Assembly: GCA_019752015.1 (NCBI GenBank)
Contig: JAIEMQ010000006.1
Span: 8,842 to 72,841 of the forward strand
Reading direction: 5' to 3'
From: Cyanobacteriota bacterium
GTDB taxonomy: Bacteria; Acidobacteriota; Vicinamibacteria; Vicinamibacterales; UBA2999
DNA: 64,000 nt
This document shows positions 16,674-26,017 of this stretch, in pieces; position 1 is the first letter of the stretch, and every line of letters starts with the position of its first letter. Below the pieces are notes generated by a model, which saw nothing but the letters and a program-made list of their open reading frames with translations, made no database searches and was not told where the DNA came from. Position numbers and translations under genes: made by a program.

Positions 16674-16681
16674 CGGGCTCG

Positions 16682-17509
16682 TTATCGAGTCAGCCGCGCG
16701 ACGTTCGGCGTCACCAGTGTGAATCTCGTGAACACGGCGGGATCGTGGCCGGGGATCACGCGACTCGCGCTGCCGGCCAATTCCACCATTCGCTTCTGCG
16801 CCGCGACATTCGATGCGGGATCGATCGTTTGCGCGATCGCCAGGCCGCTCTCGATGTTCTTGTAGAGATACGCATTGTCGGAGGCGAGAATCAGCGTGCC
16901 GTCCGGCGTGGTCACACCCACGAACTGCGATTCGAACGTGTGCTTGCCGCCGGTGTAGACGAGAATGCCTGGCAGGATCTGCTGGTTATCACCATCGACC
17001 AACTTCAGTCGGCCTTCGGCGTGGAGCTTCGCCAGCATCGGCGCGTCTTCGGAGTCGAGGCCGCCGCGATTTCGGACGGTGCCGGCCGGATCGAAGTAAT
17101 GATCGAACTCGGCTTTCTGGATCCAGATCGTCGCCTTCGGAAACAAATCGGCGCCGTCGAAGTGATCCCAATGCGAGTGCGTGACGATGATATCGGTCAC
17201 GCGGTCCGGCGCGATGTTGAGCCCGTTCTGCAACGCGACGCTGGGCCGCACGTAGTCCTGCGGTTTCCAGGACGCCATGAACTTGTCGCGATAAAAGCCG
17301 GCATCCACCAGGATCACGCGGCGAGTCGAGGGGTCAACGATCGGCCACACCGTGAACGCGATATCGACCTGCGGGCCCTTCGCCGCGCCGGCCACCAGCG
17401 ATGACTCGGCGTAGGGCACGTGCGCGAAGCGCACCGCGTAAACCTCATAACGCGGCACGCCGGTCTGGGCGGCCGCGAGGATGGCCAGTGCGAGAACGAT
17501 CGCGCGCAT
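16682..17509 (-). CDS. MBL-fold metallo-hydrolase, secreted
   Basis: Met59 of ORF 16682..17683: MRAIVLALAILAAAQ signal, then IIVTHSHWDHFDG. The longer ORF runs through the repeat element. Confidence 0.85.
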   Translation of the reverse strand: MRAIVLALAILAAAQTGVPRYEVYAVRFAHVPYAESSLVAGAAKGPQVDIAFTVWPIVDPSTRRVILVDAGFYRDKFMASWKPQDYVRPSVALQNGLNIAPDRVTDIIVTHSHWDHFDGADLFPKATIWIQKAEFDHYFDPAGTVRNRGGLDSEDAPMLAKLHAEGRLKLVDGDNQQILPGILVYTGGKHTFESQFVGVTTPDGTLILASDNAYLYKNIESGLAIAQTIDPASNVAAQKRMVELAGSASRVIPGHDPAVFTRFTLVTPNVARLTR

Positions 17510-17516
17510 GGTGGCA

Positions 17517-17522
17517 ATCGTA
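17517..17522 (-). promoter_or_regulatory. -10-like box TACGAT, 7 nt upstream of ATG 17509
   Basis: Minus strand TACGAT-tgccacc-ATG. Confidence 0.4.
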
Positions 17523-17552
17523 CGATAAAAGGCAGCCTTCAAGAGCCAAGGC

Positions 17553-17774
17553 AACACGAAGGACACGAAGACCACGAAGACACCACGGCGCCAGCGGTTC
17601 GCAGGCGGCGCTAACGCGCCGCGGCCCGAAAGCGGGGCCGCGAAAATGAGTCTTCTATGCAGTAGCCAGCGTCGCGGACTCATTTTCGCGACCTCGCTAT
17701 CGGGCTACGACGCCGGCCGAAGGCCGGCGCTGCGAACCGCTGCGGTCCTTCGTGTCCTTCGTGCGCTTCGTGTT
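17553..17774. repeat. 222-bp structured palindromic element, family A, copy 1
   Basis: Termini AACACGAAGG...(g)CTTCGTGTT. Arms begin with 9-mer tandem units (ACACGAAGG ACACGAAGA CCACGAAGA / TCCTTCGTG TCCTTCGTG CGCTTCGTG). Basal stem CAGCGGTTCGCAG/CTGCGAACCGCTG and central 14-bp stem CGCGAAAATGAGTC/GACTCATTTTCGCG. Second copy at 35219..35441 in inverted orientation. Confidence 0.85.
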
Positions 17775-17809
17775 TGAGTTATCATGCCCGCCTTCCCAGG
17801 AGGGCGTAC

Positions 17810-19981
17810 GTGGCTAAACGGCTGCTCGCGGTCGCGGTTCTCTTCGTTTCGATTACCTCGCTCACTTCGGGGCAGTCGCCCGGTTTCCCATCGACGGCGA
17901 AGGGCGATTGGACCTATTACAACGCCGACATCAAGGGCTCGAAGTACTCGCCGCTCGATCAGATCAACGCGTCGAACTTCGGCAAGCTCGAAGTGGCGTG
18001 GCGGTTCAAGACCGACATGCTCGGGCCGCGGCCCGAGTACAAACTCGAAGGCACGCCTGTCGCCGTCAACGGCGTTCTTTACACAACGGGCGGAACTCGC
18101 CGCTCCGTTGTCGCGCTCGATGGCGCGACCGGCGAGCTGATCTGGGCGCACAGCATTCGCGAAGGGCGGCGCGCCGGCGTCTCGCCACGACAGCTTTCAG
18201 GACGCGGCGTCTCGTACTGGACCGACGGCAAGGGCGACGAGCGCATCCTCTACGTGACGACGGGCTATCGCCTGGTCGCACTCAACGCGAAGACCGGCGC
18301 GGTGATCAACGGCTTCGGCACCGCGGGTGTCGTCGATTTGAAAGTCGGCGCCGTGAAGGGCCGCGGCGATCAGATCAATCTCGAAGACGGCGAGATCGGA
18401 TTGCATGCCACGCCCGCGATCGTGAAGGACGTGGCGATCGTCGGCTCATCGTTCCGCGAGGGCGCGACCGTCGAGACGCACAACAACACCAAGGGCCTGG
18501 TGCGCGCGTTTGATGTGCGCACCGGCAAGTTGCTGTGGACGTTCAACACGATTCCCCGGCCCGGCGAGTTCGGCAACGACACGTGGGAGAACGAGTCGTG
18601 GGCCGAGAACGGCAACGTCGGCGTGTGGACGCAGATCACCGTCGATGAAGAGCTCGGCCTGGTCTATCTGCCGGTCGAAACACCAACGTCCGATTATTAC
18701 GGTGGTCATCGTCCCGGCAACAACCTCTTCGCCGAAAGCATCGTCTGCGTCGATCTGAAGACCGGCCAGCGCAAGTGGCACTTCCAGCTGGTGCATCACC
18801 CGCTGTGGAACTACGACATGTCGTCGGCGGCGATCCTCGCGGACATCACCGTCAACGGCAAGCCGATCAAGGCAGTGGCGGTGCCCGGCAAGCAGGGATT
18901 CCTGTACGTGTTCGATCGCGTGACCGGACAGCCGGTGTGGCCGATCGAAGAGCGTCCGGTCCCCGCCAGCGATATTCCCGGAGAGAAGGCGAGCCCGACG
19001 CAGCCGTATCCGACCAAGCCGCCCGCCTACTCGCGCAACATGCTGACGCTGCCGGATGATCTGATCGACTTCACGCCGGAGCTGCGCGCGAAGGCGGTTG
19101 AGAACATGAAGCGCTATCGCACCATCCCGGGGATGTACAACCCGCCGATGCTCGGCGATCCGAACGGCATTCTTGGCGCGATCAACATGGGCAACGCGAT
19201 CGGCGGAACGAATTGGCCGGGCGTGGCCTACGATCCGGAAACGCAGACGGTCTTCGCGCAGGCCAACAACGTCAACATCACGTCGACGTCGCTGGTGACG
19301 CCGCCGAAGGGTTTCTCCGACATCCGCTATGTCTCGGGCATGCAGGGACGCGAGTTCCGTGAAGTGATTGGCCCCGGTGATTGCTGCGCGGCGGATTCAC
19401 CGCGTGCGATCGCGCAGATCGAAGCCCAGCGTGCCGCGGCAGTCGCGCAGGGCACGAGTCCGGCCGCAAGCATGCCGGCTGCCGGTGCCGCTGCAGCGGC
19501 CCCCGCTGGTGGCGCCGGTGCCGGCGCGGGTCAGCTGTTCGGCGGTCTCACCGTCGAAGGCCTGTCGATCCTGAAGCCGCCGTACGGAACGATCGCGGCC
19601 GTGAATCTCAACCGCGGCGAGATCACGTGGCGAGTCCCTCACGGCGATACGCCCGACAACGTCCGCAATCATCCGTTGCTGAAAGGTCTCAACATTCCGA
19701 AGACCGGACAGGCTGGCACCTCGGGCATCGGCTTGATGGCGACCAAGACGCTCGTCGTGATGGGCGATGCGCAGTTGACGACGACGCCGGAGCATCCGCG
19801 GGGAGCGATGCTGCGCGCGTACGACAAGACCAATGGCAATCAGGTGGGCATGGTGCACATGCCGGCGCCGCAGAGCGGATCGCCGATGACCTACCTCGCC
19901 GGCGGCCGTCAGTTCATCGTCGTGGCGATTAGCGGCGGAAACTACTCGGGAGAGTACATTGCGTTTGCACTCCCCCGATAG
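17810..19981 (+). CDS. PQQ-dependent dehydrogenase (quinoprotein, beta-propeller), secreted
   Basis: ORF 17774..19981 starts at TTG. AGGAGG lies 6 nt before GTG 17810, giving signal peptide VAKRLLAVAVLFVSITSLTSG. Protein has DWTYYNADIKGSKYSPL and multiple W-containing propeller repeats. Confidence 0.85.
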   Translation: MAKRLLAVAVLFVSITSLTSGQSPGFPSTAKGDWTYYNADIKGSKYSPLDQINASNFGKLEVAWRFKTDMLGPRPEYKLEGTPVAVNGVLYTTGGTRRSVVALDGATGELIWAHSIREGRRAGVSPRQLSGRGVSYWTDGKGDERILYVTTGYRLVALNAKTGAVINGFGTAGVVDLKVGAVKGRGDQINLEDGEIGLHATPAIVKDVAIVGSSFREGATVETHNNTKGLVRAFDVRTGKLLWTFNTIPRPGEFGNDTWENESWAENGNVGVWTQITVDEELGLVYLPVETPTSDYYGGHRPGNNLFAESIVCVDLKTGQRKWHFQLVHHPLWNYDMSSAAILADITVNGKPIKAVAVPGKQGFLYVFDRVTGQPVWPIEERPVPASDIPGEKASPTQPYPTKPPAYSRNMLTLPDDLIDFTPELRAKAVENMKRYRTIPGMYNPPMLGDPNGILGAINMGNAIGGTNWPGVAYDPETQTVFAQANNVNITSTSLVTPPKGFSDIRYVSGMQGREFREVIGPGDCCAADSPRAIAQIEAQRAAAVAQGTSPAASMPAAGAAAAAPAGGAGAGAGQLFGGLTVEGLSILKPPYGTIAAVNLNRGEITWRVPHGDTPDNVRNHPLLKGLNIPKTGQAGTSGIGLMATKTLVVMGDAQLTTTPEHPRGAMLRAYDKTNGNQVGMVHMPAPQSGSPMTYLAGGRQFIVVAISGGNYSGEYIAFALPR

Positions 19982-19984
19982 CGG

Positions 19985-20911
19985 CTATTTGGTCTCGTTG
20001 AAGATCACCTGCGCGTAAGCGACTGATTCGGCGGCGCCCGGCGGATACCCTTTGTATTTCGCCGGCGTCGCCCACGTCTTGGCGGCTTCCTCGGCGGTCT
20101 TGCCGGCTTTCTTTGCCGCCTGCACGTGCGCGACGTAATCAGCGACGAAGTCCGCGAACTCGCGCATGTCGGCCGGCGTGGTCTGCGCCGGCGTATGACC
20201 GTTGATGATCGTGTCGACGTTCTTGATGCCGTCGACCGCCTTGCGCACCGTCGACGCGAATTGAACGCCCGATCCGCCGTTGTCCTGATCCATCAGCGGC
20301 ACGCCTTTTCGCGCGAACACATCGCCGGCATGCATCACGCGCAGCGCGGCAAATTCGACGAACGCGTCGCCGCCGGTGTGCGCCGGTCCGAAGTAATAGA
20401 GATTGATCTGATCCGCGCCGGATCCAACCGTCAGCTTGTCCTTGAACGTGCGCTTCGGGATGCCCTTGCCGGGATTCGCCTTGAACACGTTCTCGGGCTC
20501 ACCGCGGCCGGTCACCGTGCTCATTACCGGCATCCGCCGGGCGCTGTATTGATGCGCGATGATTTCGACCGTTGCCGGCATCGCGATGTTGCCGCTGACG
20601 TGATCGTAGTGCGTGTGCGTGTTGATCACGCGCGTCACCGGCTTGTCGGTGACCGTCTTGATCTTGTCGAGCAGCACCTGACCCCATCCCGGATTCTTGG
20701 TGTCGACGACTGTGACGCCGCTCGCGGTGACGAAGACGGCGGTGTTACCGCCGGCGCCGCGAATGACGAAGAGGTTGTCTTTCACCTTCTCAACGGTGAG
20801 GCCGTCGAGCGACGGGGCCGGCGGCGGCGCCGCGGGCTGTTGCGCCGCGGTGACCGCAATCGTGACGCTTCCGGCAAGGACGACAGCGGCGAGCACTGAG
20901 ATGCGCTTCAC
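19985..20911 (-). CDS. MBL-fold metallo-hydrolase, secreted
   Basis: 308 aa with a signal peptide and INTHTHYDHVSGN. 4-nt overlap with the upstream M28 gene. Confidence 0.9.
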   Translation of the reverse strand: MKRISVLAAVVLAGSVTIAVTAAQQPAAPPPAPSLDGLTVEKVKDNLFVIRGAGGNTAVFVTASGVTVVDTKNPGWGQVLLDKIKTVTDKPVTRVINTHTHYDHVSGNIAMPATVEIIAHQYSARRMPVMSTVTGRGEPENVFKANPGKGIPKRTFKDKLTVGSGADQINLYYFGPAHTGGDAFVEFAALRVMHAGDVFARKGVPLMDQDNGGSGVQFASTVRKAVDGIKNVDTIINGHTPAQTTPADMREFADFVADYVAHVQAAKKAGKTAEEAAKTWATPAKYKGYPPGAAESVAYAQVIFNETK

Positions 20912-22473
20912 GGATTGATCCTTTCGCGCGGCGCCTTGTCGGCCGCGGACACAAAGAATGCTAGAAAACGGGCCACGCGTTCAAGCCCGGGCGCGGAGAT
21001 GACGTCGAGCACCTCGCCGGTGGTGTGGTACAGCGGCGGCGCCTGCATCACGCTGACCTTGGCGACGTTCACACCGGCCCAGCCGCCGGTCTCGCCGCTC
21101 TGGAATGTCGATCGCTCCGAAATGAAATTCACGCCGAAGCGCGCCGGTCCGGCATCGATCAGCTCCTGCAGGTAGGGCGAGTTGTTGGTGACGCCGACGG
21201 CGATCGGCGCTTCGCCGGAGTCGGCGACCGCTTCGCGATATCCGTCGGCGGAGGTGCTGCGCGCCGGAGAGAAATTGCGCTGCGCAACGTGCTCGATGTT
21301 GATGAACATCACCGCCTTTTTCGCGAGCTCGGGATTCGCCGCCACAAAGCTGCGAGGGCCGTTGATGCCCGGCGTGTGATGTCCGGCGCTGGCCACGAAC
21401 GCGATCGTGCGCAGCGGTTTGTTCGCGGGCTTTGCGAAATGCCGCGCCAGGGCGATCAACACGGCGAGGCCGTCGCCGTTGTCGCCGGCGCCGTCGAACC
21501 AGCCGTCGACGTGCGCGTTGAGGACGATCACGTCATCGGAGGTGCCGCGAATCGTCGCGACGCCGTTGGTCGCCTTCAAGCCGCGATACGTCTGCGCCTG
21601 CAGGTCGAGACGCGCGCGTAGTTGCACGCCCGCTTGTGCGGCGCGATCGAGGATCGATTCGAGGAACAATCCGTCGCGCCCGCCGATGTTGAAGCAGGGA
21701 TTACCGCAGTCGCTGAAGTCGCGCGACAACTCGTTGCCGGGCAGGCGAACGAGGTTGAAGACGGCGACGGCACCACGCTTCATCAGCTCTTCGGATCGCG
21801 AGTCGACGGCGCCGCGCTCGAACAGCATGTGGCCCTGCGGCACGATCAGCTGCACGGCGATCTTGCCCTTGACGTCGATGTGCTGCAGCACCGCCGGGCT
21901 CGCCGCACCGACATAGACGAGCGGCGCCGTCATGGTGCCGTTCGGAATATTCGACGGCCCGACCGGCAGCGCCGATTCGAGCACGATGTCATTCGAGCCG
22001 GCCCCGAACGACGGATCGCCGAGCAGCGTGACCTTCCAGGACATCGGCAGCCACAGCGAGGATTTTTCATCTTGTGTGATCGCCTGCGTCTTGACGTCGG
22101 CGATGCCGGCCTTCCTGAATTGATCGACGGCCCACTCGACGGTGGCGGCGCTCGAAGGGAATCCCGAGATGCGGCCCCACATCTGGCCGCCGCCGATCTC
22201 CTTCTTCATTGCCGCGGCCCGCGCGAAGCCGACGATCGTCTCGACGTCCGCCTTGATCGACGCGGCGGCGAATTCCGGAGCGGCGTCGAAGGAGGCGGGT
22301 CGGACGGGGCGCGAACCGACCTTCACTGCCGGAGCCGTGCTCGCCTTCGGCGGCAGCGTCACGCCGAACCATGGTCCGTCCTTGCGCAGGGCCGGCCGCC
22401 GCGCGGCCTCATCCTGTGCAAGGGCCGGCGACGCCAGCCACAGCAGCAATGCCGCGACAACGAGGTTGCGCAT
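20908..22473 (-). CDS. M28 family metallopeptidase with PA-like insert, secreted
   Basis: 521 aa. Signal MRNLVVAALLLWLASPALAQ, then NAHVDGWFDGAGDNGDG and ASAGHH. Confidence 0.85.
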   Translation of the reverse strand: MRNLVVAALLLWLASPALAQDEAARRPALRKDGPWFGVTLPPKASTAPAVKVGSRPVRPASFDAAPEFAAASIKADVETIVGFARAAAMKKEIGGGQMWGRISGFPSSAATVEWAVDQFRKAGIADVKTQAITQDEKSSLWLPMSWKVTLLGDPSFGAGSNDIVLESALPVGPSNIPNGTMTAPLVYVGAASPAVLQHIDVKGKIAVQLIVPQGHMLFERGAVDSRSEELMKRGAVAVFNLVRLPGNELSRDFSDCGNPCFNIGGRDGLFLESILDRAAQAGVQLRARLDLQAQTYRGLKATNGVATIRGTSDDVIVLNAHVDGWFDGAGDNGDGLAVLIALARHFAKPANKPLRTIAFVASAGHHTPGINGPRSFVAANPELAKKAVMFINIEHVAQRNFSPARSTSADGYREAVADSGEAPIAVGVTNNSPYLQELIDAGPARFGVNFISERSTFQSGETGGWAGVNVAKVSVMQAPPLYHTTGEVLDVISAPGLERVARFLAFFVSAADKAPRERINP

Positions 22474-22479
22474 GGCGGG

Positions 22480-22496
22480 ATTCTATCTGCTAGAGT
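22480..22496. promoter_or_regulatory. back-to-back -10 boxes in the 29-bp M28/cupin divergent intergenic region
   Basis: Minus: TAGAAT (22485..22480)-N6-ATG(22473). Plus: TAGAGT (22491..22496)-N6-ATG(22503). Confidence 0.5.
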
Positions 22497-22502
22497 GCGC
22501 GG

Positions 22503-22985
22503 ATGCTGCCACTGTTCACGCTGTTGCTGTCGCTGTCGGCGGAACCGCAGAATCCGGTTCCCGCCACGTTCATCACGAAGGAAGAGCACGAAGAGGTGCT
22601 CAAGCAGCAGATCGCCAGGAACGTCGTCGATCAGCCGATCAAGGCGAGCAATGTGATCGGCGGCAAGGCGTCGGTGGCGCGGTTGCGCCGCGTCAAGCCC
22701 GAGACGAGCGCGTTGATCCACGACTACGTCACCGAGACCTACTACATCATGTCAGGCAGCGGCATGTTCGTGACCGGCGGCAGCCTTGGCGGCGCGAAGC
22801 CGACCGATCTCAATAACGTCAACGCCGGCATGAGCCAGACCGGCACGCGCATTGGCGGCGAGTCGCGGCGCGTGAAGCCCGGCGATATCATCATCGTCCC
22901 GGCGGGCACGCCGCACAGCTTCAGTGAGTTGGACGGGCCGATCGAGTACCTGGTTTATCGGTTCGAGCCGACCAGCAGGAAATAG
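22503..22985 (+). CDS. cupin domain protein with N-terminal signal-like segment
   Basis: 160 aa with cupin motifs HDYVTETYYIMSGSG...GDIIIVPAGTPHSF. Confidence 0.7.
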   Translation: MLPLFTLLLSLSAEPQNPVPATFITKEEHEEVLKQQIARNVVDQPIKASNVIGGKASVARLRRVKPETSALIHDYVTETYYIMSGSGMFVTGGSLGGAKPTDLNNVNAGMSQTGTRIGGESRRVKPGDIIIVPAGTPHSFSELDGPIEYLVYRFEPTSRK

Positions 22986-23450
22986 ACCCAGGGATCAGGG
23001 ATCGTTAAGAAAGCGATCGCCCTTTCTACGAACGGCGCGGCCTGTTCGCCGAAGATCGGACCGTGGCCGCCGTTCGGCACGACCCACAACGACGAGTTCG
23101 GAATACCCCGCAGCAATTCCACGGCCTGCTCGACGGGATACAGCGGATCGCGATCGCCGTGCACGATCAATGTGCGCGCCGTGATCGTTGACAGCGACGC
23201 GGCCGTGAAATTCATGTCGTCGCGATCGTCGGCGAATGCGCGGGCGTGGCGGGCCAGCGCGCGCATCCGACGCCTTCACGCGATCGATCCCGAGATGATC
23301 GAGCAGCGCGAAGACATCCCGCGTGACGTCGCCGAACTTGAAGTCCGGCCGCGGATTTGGTGAGCGTCCGTGCCCGGGAAGATCCGGCGCAAAAGCGGTG
23401 GCACGACCAAGGGTTGTTGTTCGACCTGTCTCGCCTGCCTGGCGAGGCAA
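22955..23450 (-). pseudogene. alpha/beta hydrolase remnant (internal deletion plus frameshift)
   Basis: One frame gives FAPDLPGHGRSPNP..DVFALLDHLGIDRVKA and another gives the C-terminal part TLIVHGDRDPLYP..VPNGGHGPIFE. The nucleophile-elbow (GxSxG) region and cap between them are missing, as is the N-terminal strand. Confidence 0.6.
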
Positions 23451-23453
23451 TAG

Positions 23454-24599
23454 TCAGCGAGCGAGAAACGCCGCGAAGTCGGCGCGGCGCCGTTCCGCGT
23501 CCGACTCGCCGAGCTCCAGCAGCCGCTTGACGTAATCCGGCTGGAACATCACCAGGCTGAGCATGTCGTTCGATCGCGTTTCGCGAGTGCCGAGGCCTCG
23601 CGTCAGGAACCGGAATCCTTTCGGCAACTCCGCTTCGTAAGCGTTCGCCAGCCGTCCAAGATCTTCCGACGGGCGCAGCACCATCAGATCGATCGGCCGC
23701 AGCCCCTGGCGCTTGTCTTCCGGCAGCATCTCGATCATCCCGTTGATCTGCCGCAGCTGCATGGCATCGCCGTCGAGCTGATCGAGGAAGATCGCGTTGA
23801 ACAGCACGCCGGCAACCTGCGCGGGCGGGGGATAGCCGGAGATCATCGGGCGATCCGCCTCCTCGCGCGTGCGCGCATAGCGCGTCGTCACCGCGATGAT
23901 CTTCTTCGCGCCGAGATGAATCGCCGGCGAGAGCGGCGCCGTCAACCGGATGCCGCCGTCGCCGTACCACGCGCCATCGACTTCGATCGCCGGAAAGAAG
24001 AACGGCAGCGCGGAAGACGCCATCACGTGATCGACGCGAATCGGGCAGCAGTGGCTCTTGCGGGCCGGACGCTCCCACTCCGGCATCACGCCGTCTTCGC
24101 GCGTCTGCACCCACGTGATCGACTGGCCGGTCGTGTAGCTCGAGCCGGTGAGCGCGAACGCGTGGAGCCAGCCATCCCACAAGCTCGTCTGGATGCCCGG
24201 GATCGGTCCCTTGCCGGCGCGCAGCTCGCGTTCGAGGACTTCGCGAAGCGGCGTGGTGTCGACCATGCTCTTCGCGTTGGGCAGCGGCGACTTGCCGCCG
24301 GAGCCGAGCCGGCCAAGCCAGCGCACGCTGCGCCATGCGAGGTCGCCGAGGCCGACACTGAACACCTGGTCGATGTGGAGGTCCCGCCACATCTCGGCCA
24401 GCTCGGCGATCTTTTCGGAGTACGGCTCCTGCCGCGCCGCAAGGAACGCGGCGTTGATGCCGCCGGCCGACACACCGGTCAGGATGTCGGGCACATCATT
24501 CGGAAACTCGCGCGCGAGGTAGCTCAACACGCCGACCTGGTATGCGGCGCGGGCGCCGCCACCACTGAGAACGAGCGCAAGCCCCCGGGTATCAGCCAT
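23454..24599 (-). CDS. patatin-like phospholipase
   Basis: Met17 of ORF 23454..24647: MADTRGLALVLSGGGARAAYQVGVL, GVSAGGINAA (GxSxG) and DGG. About 381 aa. Confidence 0.9.
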   Translation of the reverse strand: MADTRGLALVLSGGGARAAYQVGVLSYLAREFPNDVPDILTGVSAGGINAAFLAARQEPYSEKIAELAEMWRDLHIDQVFSVGLGDLAWRSVRWLGRLGSGGKSPLPNAKSMVDTTPLREVLERELRAGKGPIPGIQTSLWDGWLHAFALTGSSYTTGQSITWVQTREDGVMPEWERPARKSHCCPIRVDHVMASSALPFFFPAIEVDGAWYGDGGIRLTAPLSPAIHLGAKKIIAVTTRYARTREEADRPMISGYPPPAQVAGVLFNAIFLDQLDGDAMQLRQINGMIEMLPEDKRQGLRPIDLMVLRPSEDLGRLANAYEAELPKGFRFLTRGLGTRETRSNDMLSLVMFQPDYVKRLLELGESDAERRRADFAAFLAR

Positions 24600-24619
24600 C
24601 GACACTGGAATGCTAACCC

Positions 24620-25616
24620 GTGCCGGCCACCAACGGTTACCTTGCACATAACGTCAAACCGGCCACGGTGGATTTCCTGCGTGACCTCCGATTGGGTTTC
24701 CGTCTGCTGCTCCGCGCGCCCGGCTTCGCGGTCACCGCGATCCTGACCCTGGTGCTCGGCATCGGCGCGACGACGGCGTTGTTCACCGTGGTGAACGCGG
24801 TGCTGCTCGAGCCGCTGCCGTTCCCCGACTCGAACAAGCTGGTGCAGGTGTGGCGCAGTGAATTGCCGGCGCTGACCTATGGATCGGCGTCGTATGGCCG
24901 CTACCTCGATTGGCGCAGTAACCAGCGGGTGTTCACGGAACTCGGCGCATGGTCACCGCGCGGCGTGACGATGTCGGGACAGCAGGGGCCGGAGCGGCTT
25001 CCGGGCGCGACCGCATCGGCGTCGTTCTTCAAGGTGATCGCAGCACCGCCCGTGATCGGCCGCTACTTCTCGGATGACGAAGATCGCGCGACGGCATGAC
25101 CGCCGAGGGCGCGCGGCGTGGTCTTGCGGATCTCGCGGCGCAGATGTCGCGCGAACATCCCGAGGACAAGTATTCGTTCACGGCGCGGCCGGTGCACGAG
25201 GTCATCACTGAAAACGCCAAGCGCGGATTGTGGATGCTGCTCGGCGCGCCCGGCTTGCTGCTGTTGATCGCGTGCACGAACGTCGCGAACCTGCTGCTCG
25301 CGCGCTCGGGTGGCTTGGCAGCGTCGCCGGCATCGCGCTGGCGTGGGCGCTGCTGCGCTTGTTCGTCACGCTCGCACCGGTGAACTTTCCTCGGCTGGCG
25401 GCCATCTCGCTCGATACCGGTGTGTTGGGCTTCTCGTTGATCGTGGCCGTGGTCTCGGGATTGATCGCCGGTCTCGCTCCCGCCATTCATTTACTGCGGT
25501 CGGATCTCAACAGCGTGATTCGATCCGGCGGCAGCCGCAGTGCGACGGCCGGTAGCGCCCGCGCGGCAACGAATTATTCGCTACGTTCATTCGATATTTC
25601 CGATGGAACGCCCTGA
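24620..25616 (+). pseudogene. decayed ADOP/MacB-type FtsX permease (frameshifts and deletions, about one third of full length)
   Basis: Three frames carry consecutive pieces: DFLRDLRLGFRLLLRAPGFAVTAILTLVLGIGATTALFTVVNAVLLEPLPFPD..; GLADLAAQMSREHPEDK..LLLLIACTNVANLLLARS; LGSVAGIALAWALLRL..LDTGVLGFSLIVAVVSGLIAGLAPA. Compare the intact paralogue at 41671. Confidence 0.7.
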
Positions 25617-25655
25617 CGGGCGCTCCCGTCTCTGTCCTTCAGGAGGCGCAAGGAA

Positions 25656-25982
25656 ATGTCCGTTATCGTCACCACCACCCCGTCAGTTGAAGGCCGCTCG
25701 ATCACCACTTACAAGGGCATCGTCACCGGCGAGGCGATCATGGGCGCGAACATCTTCAAGGACCTGTTCGCCGGGATTCGCGACATCGTCGGCGGCCGCT
25801 CGGCGACCTACGAGCGCGAGCTCAGGCGTGCGCGCGACCTGGCGACGGAGGAGATGAAGCAGGCTGCGGCGGAGATGGGCGCCAACGCGGTGGTTGGCGT
25901 CGACCTCGACTACGAGACGGTCGGCACCAACGGCAGCATGCTGATGGTGACGATCAGCGGAACGGCGGTCGTCATCTCGTAG
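25656..25982 (+). CDS. ybjQ: YbjQ family (UPF0145) protein
   Basis: 108 aa with an AGGAGG SD. Protein has [42 protein letters not shown]. Confidence 0.9.
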   Translation: MSVIVTTTPSVEGRSITTYKGIVTGEAIMGANIFKDLFAGIRDIVGGRSATYERELRRARDLATEEMKQAAAEMGANAVVGVDLDYETVGTNGSMLMVTISGTAVVIS

Positions 25983-25983
25983 A

Positions 25984-26003
25984 GGCGAGTCTTTGCACTC
26001 GCC
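25984..26003 (+). terminator. stem-loop 2 nt after ybjQ stop
   Basis: GGCGAGT-ctttgc-ACTCGCC. No U tract. It directly abuts the next -10 box. Confidence 0.4.
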
Positions 26004-26009
26004 TATACT
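26004..26009 (+). promoter_or_regulatory. -10-like box TATACT, 8 nt upstream of ATG 26018
   Basis: TATACT-gggccgcg-ATG. Confidence 0.4.
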
Positions 26010-26017
26010 GGGCCGCG

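Noticed and set aside
17543-17784. Target-site duplications flanking family A elements (also checked at 35209..35451)
   Set aside because: The flanks of copy 1 share nothing. Copy 2 has AAATG on both sides but offset by 1-2 nt. This is not convincing, so I do not claim a transposition mechanism.
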